Translations under genes and position numbers: made by a program
Notes under the pieces: model-generated
Told to the model about the DNA's origin: nothing
Databases searched by the model: none
Seen by the model: the letters and a program-made list of their open reading frames with translations, nothing else
Part shown: positions 39,228-47,137 of the stretch, piece after piece
Numbering within the stretch: the stretch's first letter is position 1
Layout: each line of letters opens with the position of its first letter
Virus record (IMG/VR): IMGVR_UViG_3300020439_001829
Span: 1 to 55,883 of that record
From: a virus
Taxonomy: Duplodnaviria > Caudoviricetes
Direction: 5' to 3' (one strand)
DNA length: 55,883 nt

Positions 39228-39254
39228 ATATATATGTATATAAATTCCCAAAAT
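39228..39254 (-). promoter_or_regulatory. Phage-specific promoter motif
   Basis: ATTTT-N15-TATATAT upstream of the candidate ncRNA. Confidence 0.55.
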
Positions 39255-39264
39255 GTAATTTATT

Positions 39265-40923
39265 TTACATTTTTTTCATTTTTTTTGTTTGATTCTTCTT
39301 TGCTACTTCTTGAACTTTATTTTCATCAATTTGTAACTTTGAAAAATCAACACAAACGAATTCAGTATCGAACTCTTTATTCCATGCTTTGAATTCGTTG
39401 TTGACACTGTCTTTAAATCCACGAGCCACTACTACAATCCTATCGACTTTACCACCTCTATTCATGTAGTATCTAGCAACTTGTGAAATCACTGCAGTAT
39501 CTGCTATCTCATCTTTGATTTCTACTAATGCAACATAATTATCATCATCTTCATAAGTGAAATCAGGTATTGATGAAATATTTTGCTTTTCATGTGATTG
39601 GTTTTCTTCAATATCTTCTACTGAGATATCTTTACCATAAACCAACTTACGAAATGCATCACCTACAATATCATCGATTCTCATCTGTTCATCAAACGCA
39701 TCATGCCATTGTGTTTCCTTGACATCTGATGGTTCAAATCCCTTATGAGTTTCAACCCATGGCTTGATTTGTCTTTTCAACTCATCCTGCCATGCCTTAT
39801 CGAATCCATTCTTTGTAGTGTTTGTTGGAATAACATAATCTTTAGGTACATCTATCTCAACAAATAAACCATTGAGATGTGCCAATCCACCATCTCTCTC
39901 TGATTTCTTTAATTGAATAGTTCCTAACAAAATATCATTCTGATAAACATACAAAGTAGGTATTGCAGATGGTGCGTACTTTCTTGTAATCAGATTACGA
40001 TTTCCTAATGATGTAGTAATCTCTTGTTCAATTGCAGAAAGGTGTCTACCGAACTTTACATCAAAATCGGTAGTCTTTGGAACTAATTGATTATCATCAA
40101 GATAATCTTCATAACCCCACTTTGTTATAACATTCCAAGTGTTATTCTGAGTATCCTCATAACCAACACCAGGTTGTTTCCAAGAATCATCTTGGACATC
40201 TCTATTGTTTAAAAAGAATTCTGCTGGTTGCAATATTCTTTCTAAAGTTTTATTTGATTTGTGTAGTCTCCAAGTAATCTTTACTCTACCACTCTTTAAC
40301 AGACGATTATATCTTGCCTGCATTGAACGATACCAAGTATTCTTAGTAGGATTCCACCACTCTTTAACGAACTTGGATGTGTTTACATTTGTAATCTCAA
40401 CCATAGTTCCATGTGTTGAATTTACAGGTGATAACTCATATTGGAATTGTTCCTCTGTTAAATCAACATCTTCCATTCTTGGAACTTCTCCATCATTATA
40501 AACAACAGAAGATTCGAATCCATCATTTAATCCAATCTCATTGGTAACCACTCTACCTGGTTCACCAAGATAATTAGTAAACTGATTGTATCCTAATCCC
40601 CATCTTGAAGTTCCACCATTTACAATCTTAGTTTTAGAATCTACCGCAGTAGTTACATATAACTTAGTTGCAACAGTATCTTTACTCATACCGATACCAT
40701 TATCATATATCTTAATAGTATCTGGCATTGTAGTTCCATTAGGTGCAAAGAATTCAATCACTACCTCTCTGACATGGTCTTCAGGTAATCTTGGGTCATC
40801 TAATCCAATGAAACAATTATCGACAGCATCTTCAAGGGCATTATATGCAGCTCCATATCCTGCTCCTTTAAATGATTTATAGACATCTGATGTGATAACC
40901 AGATTCTTTTTGTTGATAGCCAT
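39265..40923 (-). CDS. GHKL (MORC-like) ATPase fused to a C-terminal PD-(D/E)XK endonuclease (NucS/Mrr-like)
   Basis: EDAVDN, IYDNGIGM, WGLG and HGTMVEI motifs; C-terminal IPDF...VEIK...QVARY; GGAGG RBS. Confidence 0.75.
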   Translation of the reverse strand: MAINKKNLVITSDVYKSFKGAGYGAAYNALEDAVDNCFIGLDDPRLPEDHVREVVIEFFAPNGTTMPDTIKIYDNGIGMSKDTVATKLYVTTAVDSKTKIVNGGTSRWGLGYNQFTNYLGEPGRVVTNEIGLNDGFESSVVYNDGEVPRMEDVDLTEEQFQYELSPVNSTHGTMVEITNVNTSKFVKEWWNPTKNTWYRSMQARYNRLLKSGRVKITWRLHKSNKTLERILQPAEFFLNNRDVQDDSWKQPGVGYEDTQNNTWNVITKWGYEDYLDDNQLVPKTTDFDVKFGRHLSAIEQEITTSLGNRNLITRKYAPSAIPTLYVYQNDILLGTIQLKKSERDGGLAHLNGLFVEIDVPKDYVIPTNTTKNGFDKAWQDELKRQIKPWVETHKGFEPSDVKETQWHDAFDEQMRIDDIVGDAFRKLVYGKDISVEDIEENQSHEKQNISSIPDFTYEDDDNYVALVEIKDEIADTAVISQVARYYMNRGGKVDRIVVVARGFKDSVNNEFKAWNKEFDTEFVCVDFSKLQIDENKVQEVAKKNQTKKMKKM

Positions 40924-40942
40924 TTGGCCTCCTATAGTTAAT

Positions 40943-41014
40943 TGTATTGAATATCATACATCAATACATTTGTTCAAATTAGATATTGTTGAATATCATA
41001 CATCAACCAATATC
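40943..41014 (-). repeat. Two tandem hairpins with identical 10-nt loops (18-bp direct repeat)
   Basis: TTGAATATCATACATCAA at 40947-40964 and 40989-41006, each inside a different longer stem. Confidence 0.75.
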
Positions 41015-41022
41015 ATATATAC

Positions 41023-41049
41023 ATATATATCAGATAAAAATCTGAAAAT
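41023..41049 (-). promoter_or_regulatory. Phage-specific promoter motif
   Basis: ATTTT-N15-TATATAT upstream of the GHKL gene. Confidence 0.55.
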
Positions 41050-41054
41050 GTAAT

Positions 41055-41549
41055 TTATTTTTCAATCGATGGTAATTTCTGCTCTACTTTTACATCATGA
41101 ATACCACGCGATTCACATCGTGTTTTAAATCTTTTGTACATTTGATTCAATGCCATCTTCTGTTTTTTACTCAACATACCATTGAACCTTAATTGTTTTT
41201 CAATTGAATCTAAAAATTCTGTACTCCTACCTACATAACCTGGTTGATAACCACAACCACTTAATAAAGTTCTGATAAGATTTAGTTTGTAAGTACCATC
41301 TTCAATATTTTCTAATTTCTTGTACTTATCTAACTTGTTCTCACTCTTCTGCCAATCTACATATTTTTGAATAATCTTATCCATAGAGATTTCCATCTTA
41401 GGTGTAATCTTTCTTTTACCGAATGCAGTATACATCGATATAGTAAATTCTCGTACACTATCTGGTTGATAGTATCTATGGTCATTTAAAATGTGGTTAA
41501 GTTGTCGTCTGGTTTTATTCAAACGATTTGGAAAGTCTACTCTACTCAT
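41055..41549 (-). CDS. Hypothetical protein
   Basis: 164 aa with a duplicated EF..S.......(I/L)(T/S).K....(M/L) unit. Confidence 0.55.
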   Translation of the reverse strand: MSRVDFPNRLNKTRRQLNHILNDHRYYQPDSVREFTISMYTAFGKRKITPKMEISMDKIIQKYVDWQKSENKLDKYKKLENIEDGTYKLNLIRTLLSGCGYQPGYVGRSTEFLDSIEKQLRFNGMLSKKQKMALNQMYKRFKTRCESRGIHDVKVEQKLPSIEK

Positions 41550-41740
41550 AGAATGGTATGTCCCCTCTTGTTAATCTTTTCTACTTTAATTAATAAATCT
41601 TGTACTAAATTTTGAGCCTCATCCATGTAGTATAAACCATCAGAGTTTGCCTGATATTCAGGTGTAGTATTATACGCGTTCGTACACGAATCGTGTATAT
41701 TTCTTAGTTTATCTACTATTTCTTGTAATGTTAATTTCAT
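41546..41740 (-). CDS. Hypothetical protein
   Basis: 64 aa; GGAG RBS; ATGA coupling to the next gene. Confidence 0.55.
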   Translation of the reverse strand: MKLTLQEIVDKLRNIHDSCTNAYNTTPEYQANSDGLYYMDEAQNLVQDLLIKVEKINKRGHTIL

Positions 41741-41868
41741 TATGCTACTCCAAAATTATTTGTTAATAAACAAGCCTCCATCATTGTAATATTTGGTTTT
41801 TCATTTATCACCCAATCTTCGATGAAATCAATCATCAATAATACTGTATCAGGTGATATATGATACAT
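41740..41868 (-). CDS. Small hypothetical protein (42 aa)
   Basis: Manual ORF MYHISPDTVLLMIDFIEDW...; TAATG overlap with the next gene. Confidence 0.4.
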   Translation of the reverse strand: MYHISPDTVLLMIDFIEDWVINEKPNITMMEACLLTNNFGVA

Positions 41869-41887
41869 TAAATCCCAATACGGGTCA

Positions 41888-42088
41888 TTAGAACTCGTCA
41901 TATATTCCATCCATCAAATCCTCGAACTCATCTACTGGATTACCACCAAACATATCATCCAAATTATCAAAATCTGAATTCTTCAAACCCATATCTTCAA
42001 GGGCCTTTACTTTTACCCCATACCCAACATCGGTTTTAGAAACTCGTTTCTTGTTAGTTTTTTTAACTACTTTGTTGTTTGTTTTCAC
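41888..42088 (-). CDS. Hypothetical early protein (basic N-terminus, acidic C-terminus)
   Basis: GTG start with AGGAG RBS, downstream of a sigma70-like promoter. Confidence 0.55.
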   Translation of the reverse strand: MKTNNKVVKKTNKKRVSKTDVGYGVKVKALEDMGLKNSDFDNLDDMFGGNPVDEFEDLMDGIYDEF

Positions 42089-42122
42089 GAAACACTCCTA
42101 TTCTTATTAAAAATCATATCTA

Positions 42123-42152
42123 AATATAAGGCCAAAATATAATACGAGTCAA
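42123..42152 (-). promoter_or_regulatory. Sigma70-like early promoter
   Basis: TTGACT-N18-TATATT. Confidence 0.65.
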
Positions 42153-42160
42153 GTACTTTT

Positions 42161-42265
42161 TTACTTTTTTTCCAACTTTATTATACATGGTATACACAAA
42201 TCTGGATAAAATATAGTTCCAACGAACTCTGTAGTTTTACAATGTGTACACATTTTCTTAGCCAC
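42161..42265 (-). CDS. Tiny zinc-finger protein (34 aa)
   Basis: Manual ORF (M)AKKMCTHCKTTEFVGTIFYPDLCIPCIIKLEKK with two CxxC motifs. Confidence 0.4.
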   Translation of the reverse strand: MAKKMCTHCKTTEFVGTIFYPDLCIPCIIKLEKK

Positions 42266-42482
42266 TTCTTTCTACTTTATCAATCATAACATCATTTACT
42301 GAATATGGTCTTTCAGAAAACTGAAAGTTCTTGTTGATAGCTTTTGGTATTTGTGAAGCCACCTCATTTGCAAACCATTCAGCATCTTTGTTTTCATTGT
42401 TTAGAGATTTTTCACCATAACCTTGGTCTGGTACATATATCTCAATACAAGCATTTACATAATATCTTACATCTTTAGCCAT
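42258..42482 (-). CDS. Hypothetical early protein
   Basis: 74 aa; AAGGAG RBS. Confidence 0.55.
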   Translation of the reverse strand: MAKDVRYYVNACIEIYVPDQGYGEKSLNNENKDAEWFANEVASQIPKAINKNFQFSERPYSVNDVMIDKVERSG

Positions 42483-42747
42483 TGTGTTTACTCCTTACAT
42501 ATAATACATAATTTTGTAGATTAAAATTGTGGTCATCACCTAATGTTCTTACCTCATCATAAGTTAAGTAATAACCCTCTACATTATCGTAGACTGTTTC
42601 TTCAGTAGGATTGTGTACAAACTCACCTACATTGTTCATATTTAAAAACCCAACTATACAACCTATCATATAGTTGTCAAAATTTCTCTGAGCTTCATTC
42701 ATCTCAGTTTGTTGTTGTTCCGTCATCATATAATCATAATATTCCAT
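42475..42747 (-). CDS. Hypothetical early protein
   Basis: 90 aa; AAGGA RBS; behind a promoter. Confidence 0.55.
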   Translation of the reverse strand: MEYYDYMMTEQQQTEMNEAQRNFDNYMIGCIVGFLNMNNVGEFVHNPTEETVYDNVEGYYLTYDEVRTLGDDHNFNLQNYVLYVRSKHNG

Positions 42748-42780
42748 AATTCATCCTTTTTATCAATTAACTTACACTAT

Positions 42781-42809
42781 AATATAACACTTTTTGAAAC
42801 CAATGTCAA
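42781..42809 (-). promoter_or_regulatory. Sigma70-like early promoter
   Basis: TTGACA-N17-TATATT with an upstream A-tract. Confidence 0.7.
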
Positions 42810-42827
42810 GTGTTTTTTTCATTTTTT

Positions 42828-43160
42828 TTAAATAATTGTGTTCTCCAATTCTGCCCACATTAATATAGAACTTAATAACTTCTCATCATGTTCTGTCCAA
42901 ATCTCTTTATTGTTTTCCCAATAAACTTCACCACTATTGTGGTCATAGATATAGTCAACATCTAAATCATGAGTTTCCCTATCGTAATGCCACACTATTG
43001 ATAAATCAGTAATACTATCAACTATATGAGTTTTCATCCATTCATTGAAAACATTACACTCTAACATTAAACCAATAAGTGTAGTTTCCCTAACACCAGG
43101 TCCAACTTCTTCAACACCTATTTTGTGATGTGCTGAGTAAATCGTTTCTTGTAAATTCAT
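42828..43160 (-). CDS. Hypothetical early protein
   Basis: 110 aa; AAGGA RBS; behind a promoter. Confidence 0.55.
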   Translation of the reverse strand: MNLQETIYSAHHKIGVEEVGPGVRETTLIGLMLECNVFNEWMKTHIVDSITDLSIVWHYDRETHDLDVDYIYDHNSGEVYWENNKEIWTEHDEKLLSSILMWAELENTII

Positions 43161-43186
43161 AATTTTTATCCTTTATCTTACCCCTA

Positions 43187-43216
43187 AAGATAAGTATAAA
43201 AGCCAATACGAGTCAA
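43187..43216 (-). promoter_or_regulatory. Sigma70-like early promoter
   Basis: TTGACT-N18-TATCTT with an upstream A-tract. Confidence 0.6.
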
Positions 43217-43482
43217 GGTTTTTTTTTATTTTTTTTCATTGATTTTCTGTAGTATAGATATTTCAGAATTTCGTACTTGGCCTCGGAACCACGAACTCCT
43301 GCTACAGGTGTGATTTGTTCTACTTCATAGTAGACATCAGTAACCTCTTGGATTTCTTCCCATTCATAATTATCCCAAAGATTGTCAAGGTCAAGAGACA
43401 AAGTATCCTCTACCTCTTGACCAGTCAATCTACTGAGTGAGAAGAGTAGGTAATTCAGATAAATAAAATGTCGTAGAATCAT
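43213..43482 (-). CDS. Small putatively exported protein after the pilin genes
   Basis: Likely start MILRHFIYLNYLLFSLS (hydrophobic), then an acidic stretch and VAGVRGSEA. Confidence 0.4.
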   Translation of the reverse strand: MILRHFIYLNYLLFSLSRLTGQEVEDTLSLDLDNLWDNYEWEEIQEVTDVYYEVEQITPVAGVRGSEAKYEILKYLYYRKSMKKNKKKP

Positions 43483-43870
43483 ATTCATAAAAATAGATGT
43501 CATCATTCTTTCTGTGATGATATATTCTTCCATTACCTGCATCATCATAATCAACCTGCCACTCATCATCCTCATCAGGTATACCATACTCTAAGTTTAT
43601 CTTTACATTACGGCTTCTACCAATAATAGTAAGTGGATGTGTTGGCCAACTTTCAATACCAGTTTCCAATAATCTTTCACTTGCCTCTTGTTCTAATCCT
43701 GCCCATATCATATCAACAAATGCCTTTTCTGCAGCGTTTTCTGCATTATCTAATGTATCGGCATATCTTGGTATTGCTACAGCTGCTAAGATTCCTAAGA
43801 TTATTGTTACCATCACTAACTCTATTAGTGTGAACCCTTTACTTGTTTTCTTCATCATTTTCCCTTTCAT
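43430..43870 (-). CDS. Type IV pilin/pseudopilin with prepilin cleavage-methylation motif
   Basis: KG|FTLIELVMVTIILGILAAVAIPRY. Confidence 0.9.
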   Translation of the reverse strand: MKGKMMKKTSKGFTLIELVMVTIILGILAAVAIPRYADTLDNAENAAEKAFVDMIWAGLEQEASERLLETGIESWPTHPLTIIGRSRNVKINLEYGIPDEDDEWQVDYDDAGNGRIYHHRKNDDIYFYEYDSTTFYLSELPTLLTQ

Positions 43871-43871
43871 G

Positions 43872-44498
43872 TTATGGTTGAAGTTTTTTATGTAAATCTT
43901 TTGGATTTTCTAAATCTGCCACATACAAGATTGGTGAATAGGAAGATGTTCCAGCTCCACCACCTGGTATTACTATGTAAATGTAATGACCGTCTTGAAA
44001 TGGTGATTTAATTGCGTTTCTACCAAATTGGTCTAAGAACTCTTCTGCTCCTACTGATACATCATAGTTATCATCAAAGTTATCATCTTCTGATGTAGAG
44101 ATATTATGTCCACTTGGTGCACCTGCCTGTGGATGATTAGTACTAAATACTGATACCCATTTAGCACCCTCAACATTATCATACGAACCAAATGATTGGA
44201 TACCACTTAATAATAATTCCTCTGTATCATATCCACCAACACCCAAATCATACTTTACTTGACCTGGAAATCTACCTCTACCCTCACGAACTACCATATC
44301 ATTATAGAAGTTCATAGCGGATTGAGTTATCTTATCGATATCGGCTTCTGTTTTTCTTTCTTTAGCTGCCTCACCAACTCCACTAAATTTTGGAGCAGCA
44401 GTAGCTGCTAAAGTTGCCATCATGGCTGTGGTTACTGCGAATTCAGCAAGTGAGTTTCCTCTCTTACTCTTTAGTTTTTTTAATAGTTTTTCAAACAT
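43872..44498 (-). CDS. Atypical pilin/pseudopilin-like protein
   Basis: Basic leader, then RG|NSLAEFAVTTAMMATLAATAAPKF (Gly-1, Glu+5, P22-like); AAGGAG RBS. Confidence 0.75.
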   Translation of the reverse strand: MFEKLLKKLKSKRGNSLAEFAVTTAMMATLAATAAPKFSGVGEAAKERKTEADIDKITQSAMNFYNDMVVREGRGRFPGQVKYDLGVGGYDTEELLLSGIQSFGSYDNVEGAKWVSVFSTNHPQAGAPSGHNISTSEDDNFDDNYDVSVGAEEFLDQFGRNAIKSPFQDGHYIYIVIPGGGAGTSSYSPILYVADLENPKDLHKKLQP

Positions 44499-44535
44499 TT
44501 TTCTTCTCCTTAAATGTTATTGTTACCTATATTGT

Positions 44536-44550
44536 ACAATAAGTGTACCA
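44536..44550 (-). promoter_or_regulatory. Sigma54-like -24/-12 promoter
   Basis: TGGTACACTTATTGT versus consensus TGGCACGN4TTGC, with exact spacing and a GT variant at -12. Confidence 0.5.
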
Positions 44551-44625
44551 AAGTGGCCCATTTTTGGAAAAAAAATTAAAAAAGTTTTAAGTGTTAATAT
44601 TACTTAATTTGGATGTGCATAAAAA

Positions 44626-44684
44626 ACTACTCATATGAGTAGTATTTTAAGTGTTGAATTTTGTTACAATTAATCTATGTAACA
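44626..44684. promoter_or_regulatory. Palindromic operator / enhancer-like sites
   Basis: Perfect 18-bp palindrome ACTACTCATATGAGTAGT (44626-44643) and inverted repeat TGTTACA-N9-TGTAACA (44662-44684). Confidence 0.5.
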
Positions 44685-44691
44685 GGTGTAA

Positions 44692-45099
44692 CTATTTGTT
44701 CCATTCTGTAACATCTACGATTTGATGTATCTTTGTAGGTACTACATTCAATCCTGCCTCATTTGTTAGTAGTAATGTGTTTTGGAACTCACTCCAATCA
44801 ACATTAAATCGTTTATCTAATACTCCATTGTTCTTACTTCTGATAACTTGATTCAATGCATTGATTGTATAAAGTGTATTTGATTGTTTTTTTCTATGTA
44901 GTGAGATTGTGTTCTCAATATTTTCTTCGTAGTTATCCACTAACTCAATATTATATGTACAGATTAATTGAGTTAAATCATCTTGATTTTGAAAGATATA
45001 AATTTTATCATATAGAATTTCATTACAAGATATAATGATATCTACGGTTTCATTTAGTCTTGATTGTCTTGTGAATGTACATAGTAATTGTGTTTTCAT
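44692..45099 (-). CDS. Phage hypothetical protein
   Basis: Start MKTQLLCTF just after the upstream stop; HRKKQSNTLYTINALN motif. Confidence 0.6.
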   Translation of the reverse strand: MKTQLLCTFTRQSRLNETVDIIISCNEILYDKIYIFQNQDDLTQLICTYNIELVDNYEENIENTISLHRKKQSNTLYTINALNQVIRSKNNGVLDKRFNVDWSEFQNTLLLTNEAGLNVVPTKIHQIVDVTEWNK

Positions 45100-45100
45100 A

Positions 45101-47137
45101 TTATACCTCGCACTTATATTTCTTATCGTATTGTTCGGCTTCTGGTACATCTCTACCGATTTTTTTGTTGGCACAATATAACTTTTCTTTCATATTATTA
45201 TGTAAATTCATTTCCAAATTGACCACAGGTTCATATCCCAATCCTCTCTGTCTTGGTGCAATAGTAGAAATAGGAACTACATCACCACCTACTTCTGCCT
45301 GAAATACTAATTGATATTCACCTTTATCATCTGGTCCTTGTACATTTAATTTTTCTTGAACTTTATCATAATCAGTAGTTCCAAATATTTCTTTCATAAC
45401 TTCTGGGTCTGCATTAACACCACCCAAAGACATTTTTTCTTCACCATCCATAAGAGATTTCAATGGAAACTTTTCTCTGATTGTACTCATTACACCAGAT
45501 TTGTATGGTTCTTTTACCATGTTCTCTACGAATGATTTGTTAAAATCTTTTCCTATTTGTAAATGTTTATCAAGGTCTCCTTTTGCAGATTCATCGTTAA
45601 TTGGTTCTCCACCTAAAGTTCTCATCATCATTACTGAAAATTTATCTTGATATTTACCTACAGTTTTCTTTGGATTGAATCCATTATCAATCATTGCTTG
45701 TCTTAATTCTTCTCTACTATATGGATGTTTTAAACTCTTCATAGTTTTAACTAACACTTTACAATAAGATTCTGATTGACCAGTAGTCTTTGAAAGTGAT
45801 GCAATATACTCTTCATCATTTTCATCTAATCCTTGTAACTTACTATGTTGTTCTTCAGATACATTTTCATAAAAGGTAGTGGCACTTTGTGTTGTTTTAT
45901 CATTCATTTTCTTTGGATTTGCTTCTTCAGGTATATTATCATTTGATTTCTGTAATATTTCTTTTTGTTTCTTAGTTAGTTCTTTGTACTCTTTACTTTT
46001 ATCTTTTCCTGCACTTTTCATTTCTTGTTTTTTTCTTACAATTTCATCATATTCTTTTTTCTCATCACCTACTAACCCCCACTCATCAACTGCATTTACT
46101 GATGGTTGTGATAAAAATATATCCAAGTTCTTTTTCAAACTAACTTCATCTAATACACTACCATCTGGTGTTTTAACTCTCAAATACATATCAGTAGAGA
46201 ATCCTTTGTTCTTTTGATAATCTGATAATCCCATTGCCTCTACATCACCTTTTAAATCCCATGCACCATTTTCAACTTCCCAATTACCCTCACCATATGT
46301 TGCATCTAATCTTGATTTTATACCACCACGAACACTTTCAACTGATTGTAACCAATCCTCTGATAATATAGGTTCACTACCTTTTTCATATCTTGGTGGT
46401 TTATACGAAACTAAAGTTCCATCTTTTAGTTTTCTCATTTGTTGTGGTAATTTTTCATTGTGTTTTCTGATTGTATCCATAAGATTTTTCATCTCATCAT
46501 CATTAAGTGTTGGACCAATCATAGATAATACCTCTGCAGCTTGTGCCTGTATTTTTCCTGCACCTGAGGCATCAATCATTGAAGTAATAGGTGGTGTAGT
46601 TTGATTTACATATCTTGAATTAATTAATCTTTCTACAAGTTTAATATATTTCTTTGGAACTTTAGATGGTGAACCAAATACATCATCTGGTAACTTTGTT
46701 GGACTCTCACCCTCTTTTAATTTTTGTTGTTCAGGTTTAGACTTTTCATATTCCTCATCACTTGGTTGTACATCTTTATTATAGTAATCTTCATCCACTT
46801 TAGATAATGATTTATCTTTTTCAACTGGTTTTTGTTTCTCTACATTACCTTTATCTGATTTATCTGTATCTGTACTTTTTTCTTTCTCTTTGGCATCTTG
46901 GGCCTTTTGTGATTTAGGATGTTTTTTGATATAATCGGCTTGTTGTTCTGGTGACATCTTTGTCCACCACTCCTCACTTTCAGTAAGATTTTTAATCAAC
47001 TCGACACGAGCTTCCACTGGCCATTGATGTTCTTTTAATACATCATATAACTTCATTAAATGTTGTTCATTAGTTAAATCAGGTATCCCATCACTAACTC
47101 TGAAACTTAACTCATTTAATATCTTTTTCCAACTCAT
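45101..47137 (-). CDS. Large hypothetical protein (possibly virion-associated)
   Basis: 678 aa; charged low-complexity linker after the WWTKMSPEQQADYIKKHPKS segment. Confidence 0.55.
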   Translation of the reverse strand: MSWKKILNELSFRVSDGIPDLTNEQHLMKLYDVLKEHQWPVEARVELIKNLTESEEWWTKMSPEQQADYIKKHPKSQKAQDAKEKEKSTDTDKSDKGNVEKQKPVEKDKSLSKVDEDYYNKDVQPSDEEYEKSKPEQQKLKEGESPTKLPDDVFGSPSKVPKKYIKLVERLINSRYVNQTTPPITSMIDASGAGKIQAQAAEVLSMIGPTLNDDEMKNLMDTIRKHNEKLPQQMRKLKDGTLVSYKPPRYEKGSEPILSEDWLQSVESVRGGIKSRLDATYGEGNWEVENGAWDLKGDVEAMGLSDYQKNKGFSTDMYLRVKTPDGSVLDEVSLKKNLDIFLSQPSVNAVDEWGLVGDEKKEYDEIVRKKQEMKSAGKDKSKEYKELTKKQKEILQKSNDNIPEEANPKKMNDKTTQSATTFYENVSEEQHSKLQGLDENDEEYIASLSKTTGQSESYCKVLVKTMKSLKHPYSREELRQAMIDNGFNPKKTVGKYQDKFSVMMMRTLGGEPINDESAKGDLDKHLQIGKDFNKSFVENMVKEPYKSGVMSTIREKFPLKSLMDGEEKMSLGGVNADPEVMKEIFGTTDYDKVQEKLNVQGPDDKGEYQLVFQAEVGGDVVPISTIAPRQRGLGYEPVVNLEMNLHNNMKEKLYCANKKIGRDVPEAEQYDKKYKCEV

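Noticed and set aside
40947-41006. 18-bp direct repeat as a mini-CRISPR array (a Cas4-like gene is at 13283)
   Set aside because: Only two short units 24 bp apart, each within a larger hairpin; no cas operon; Cas4-like nucleases are common standalone phage genes.
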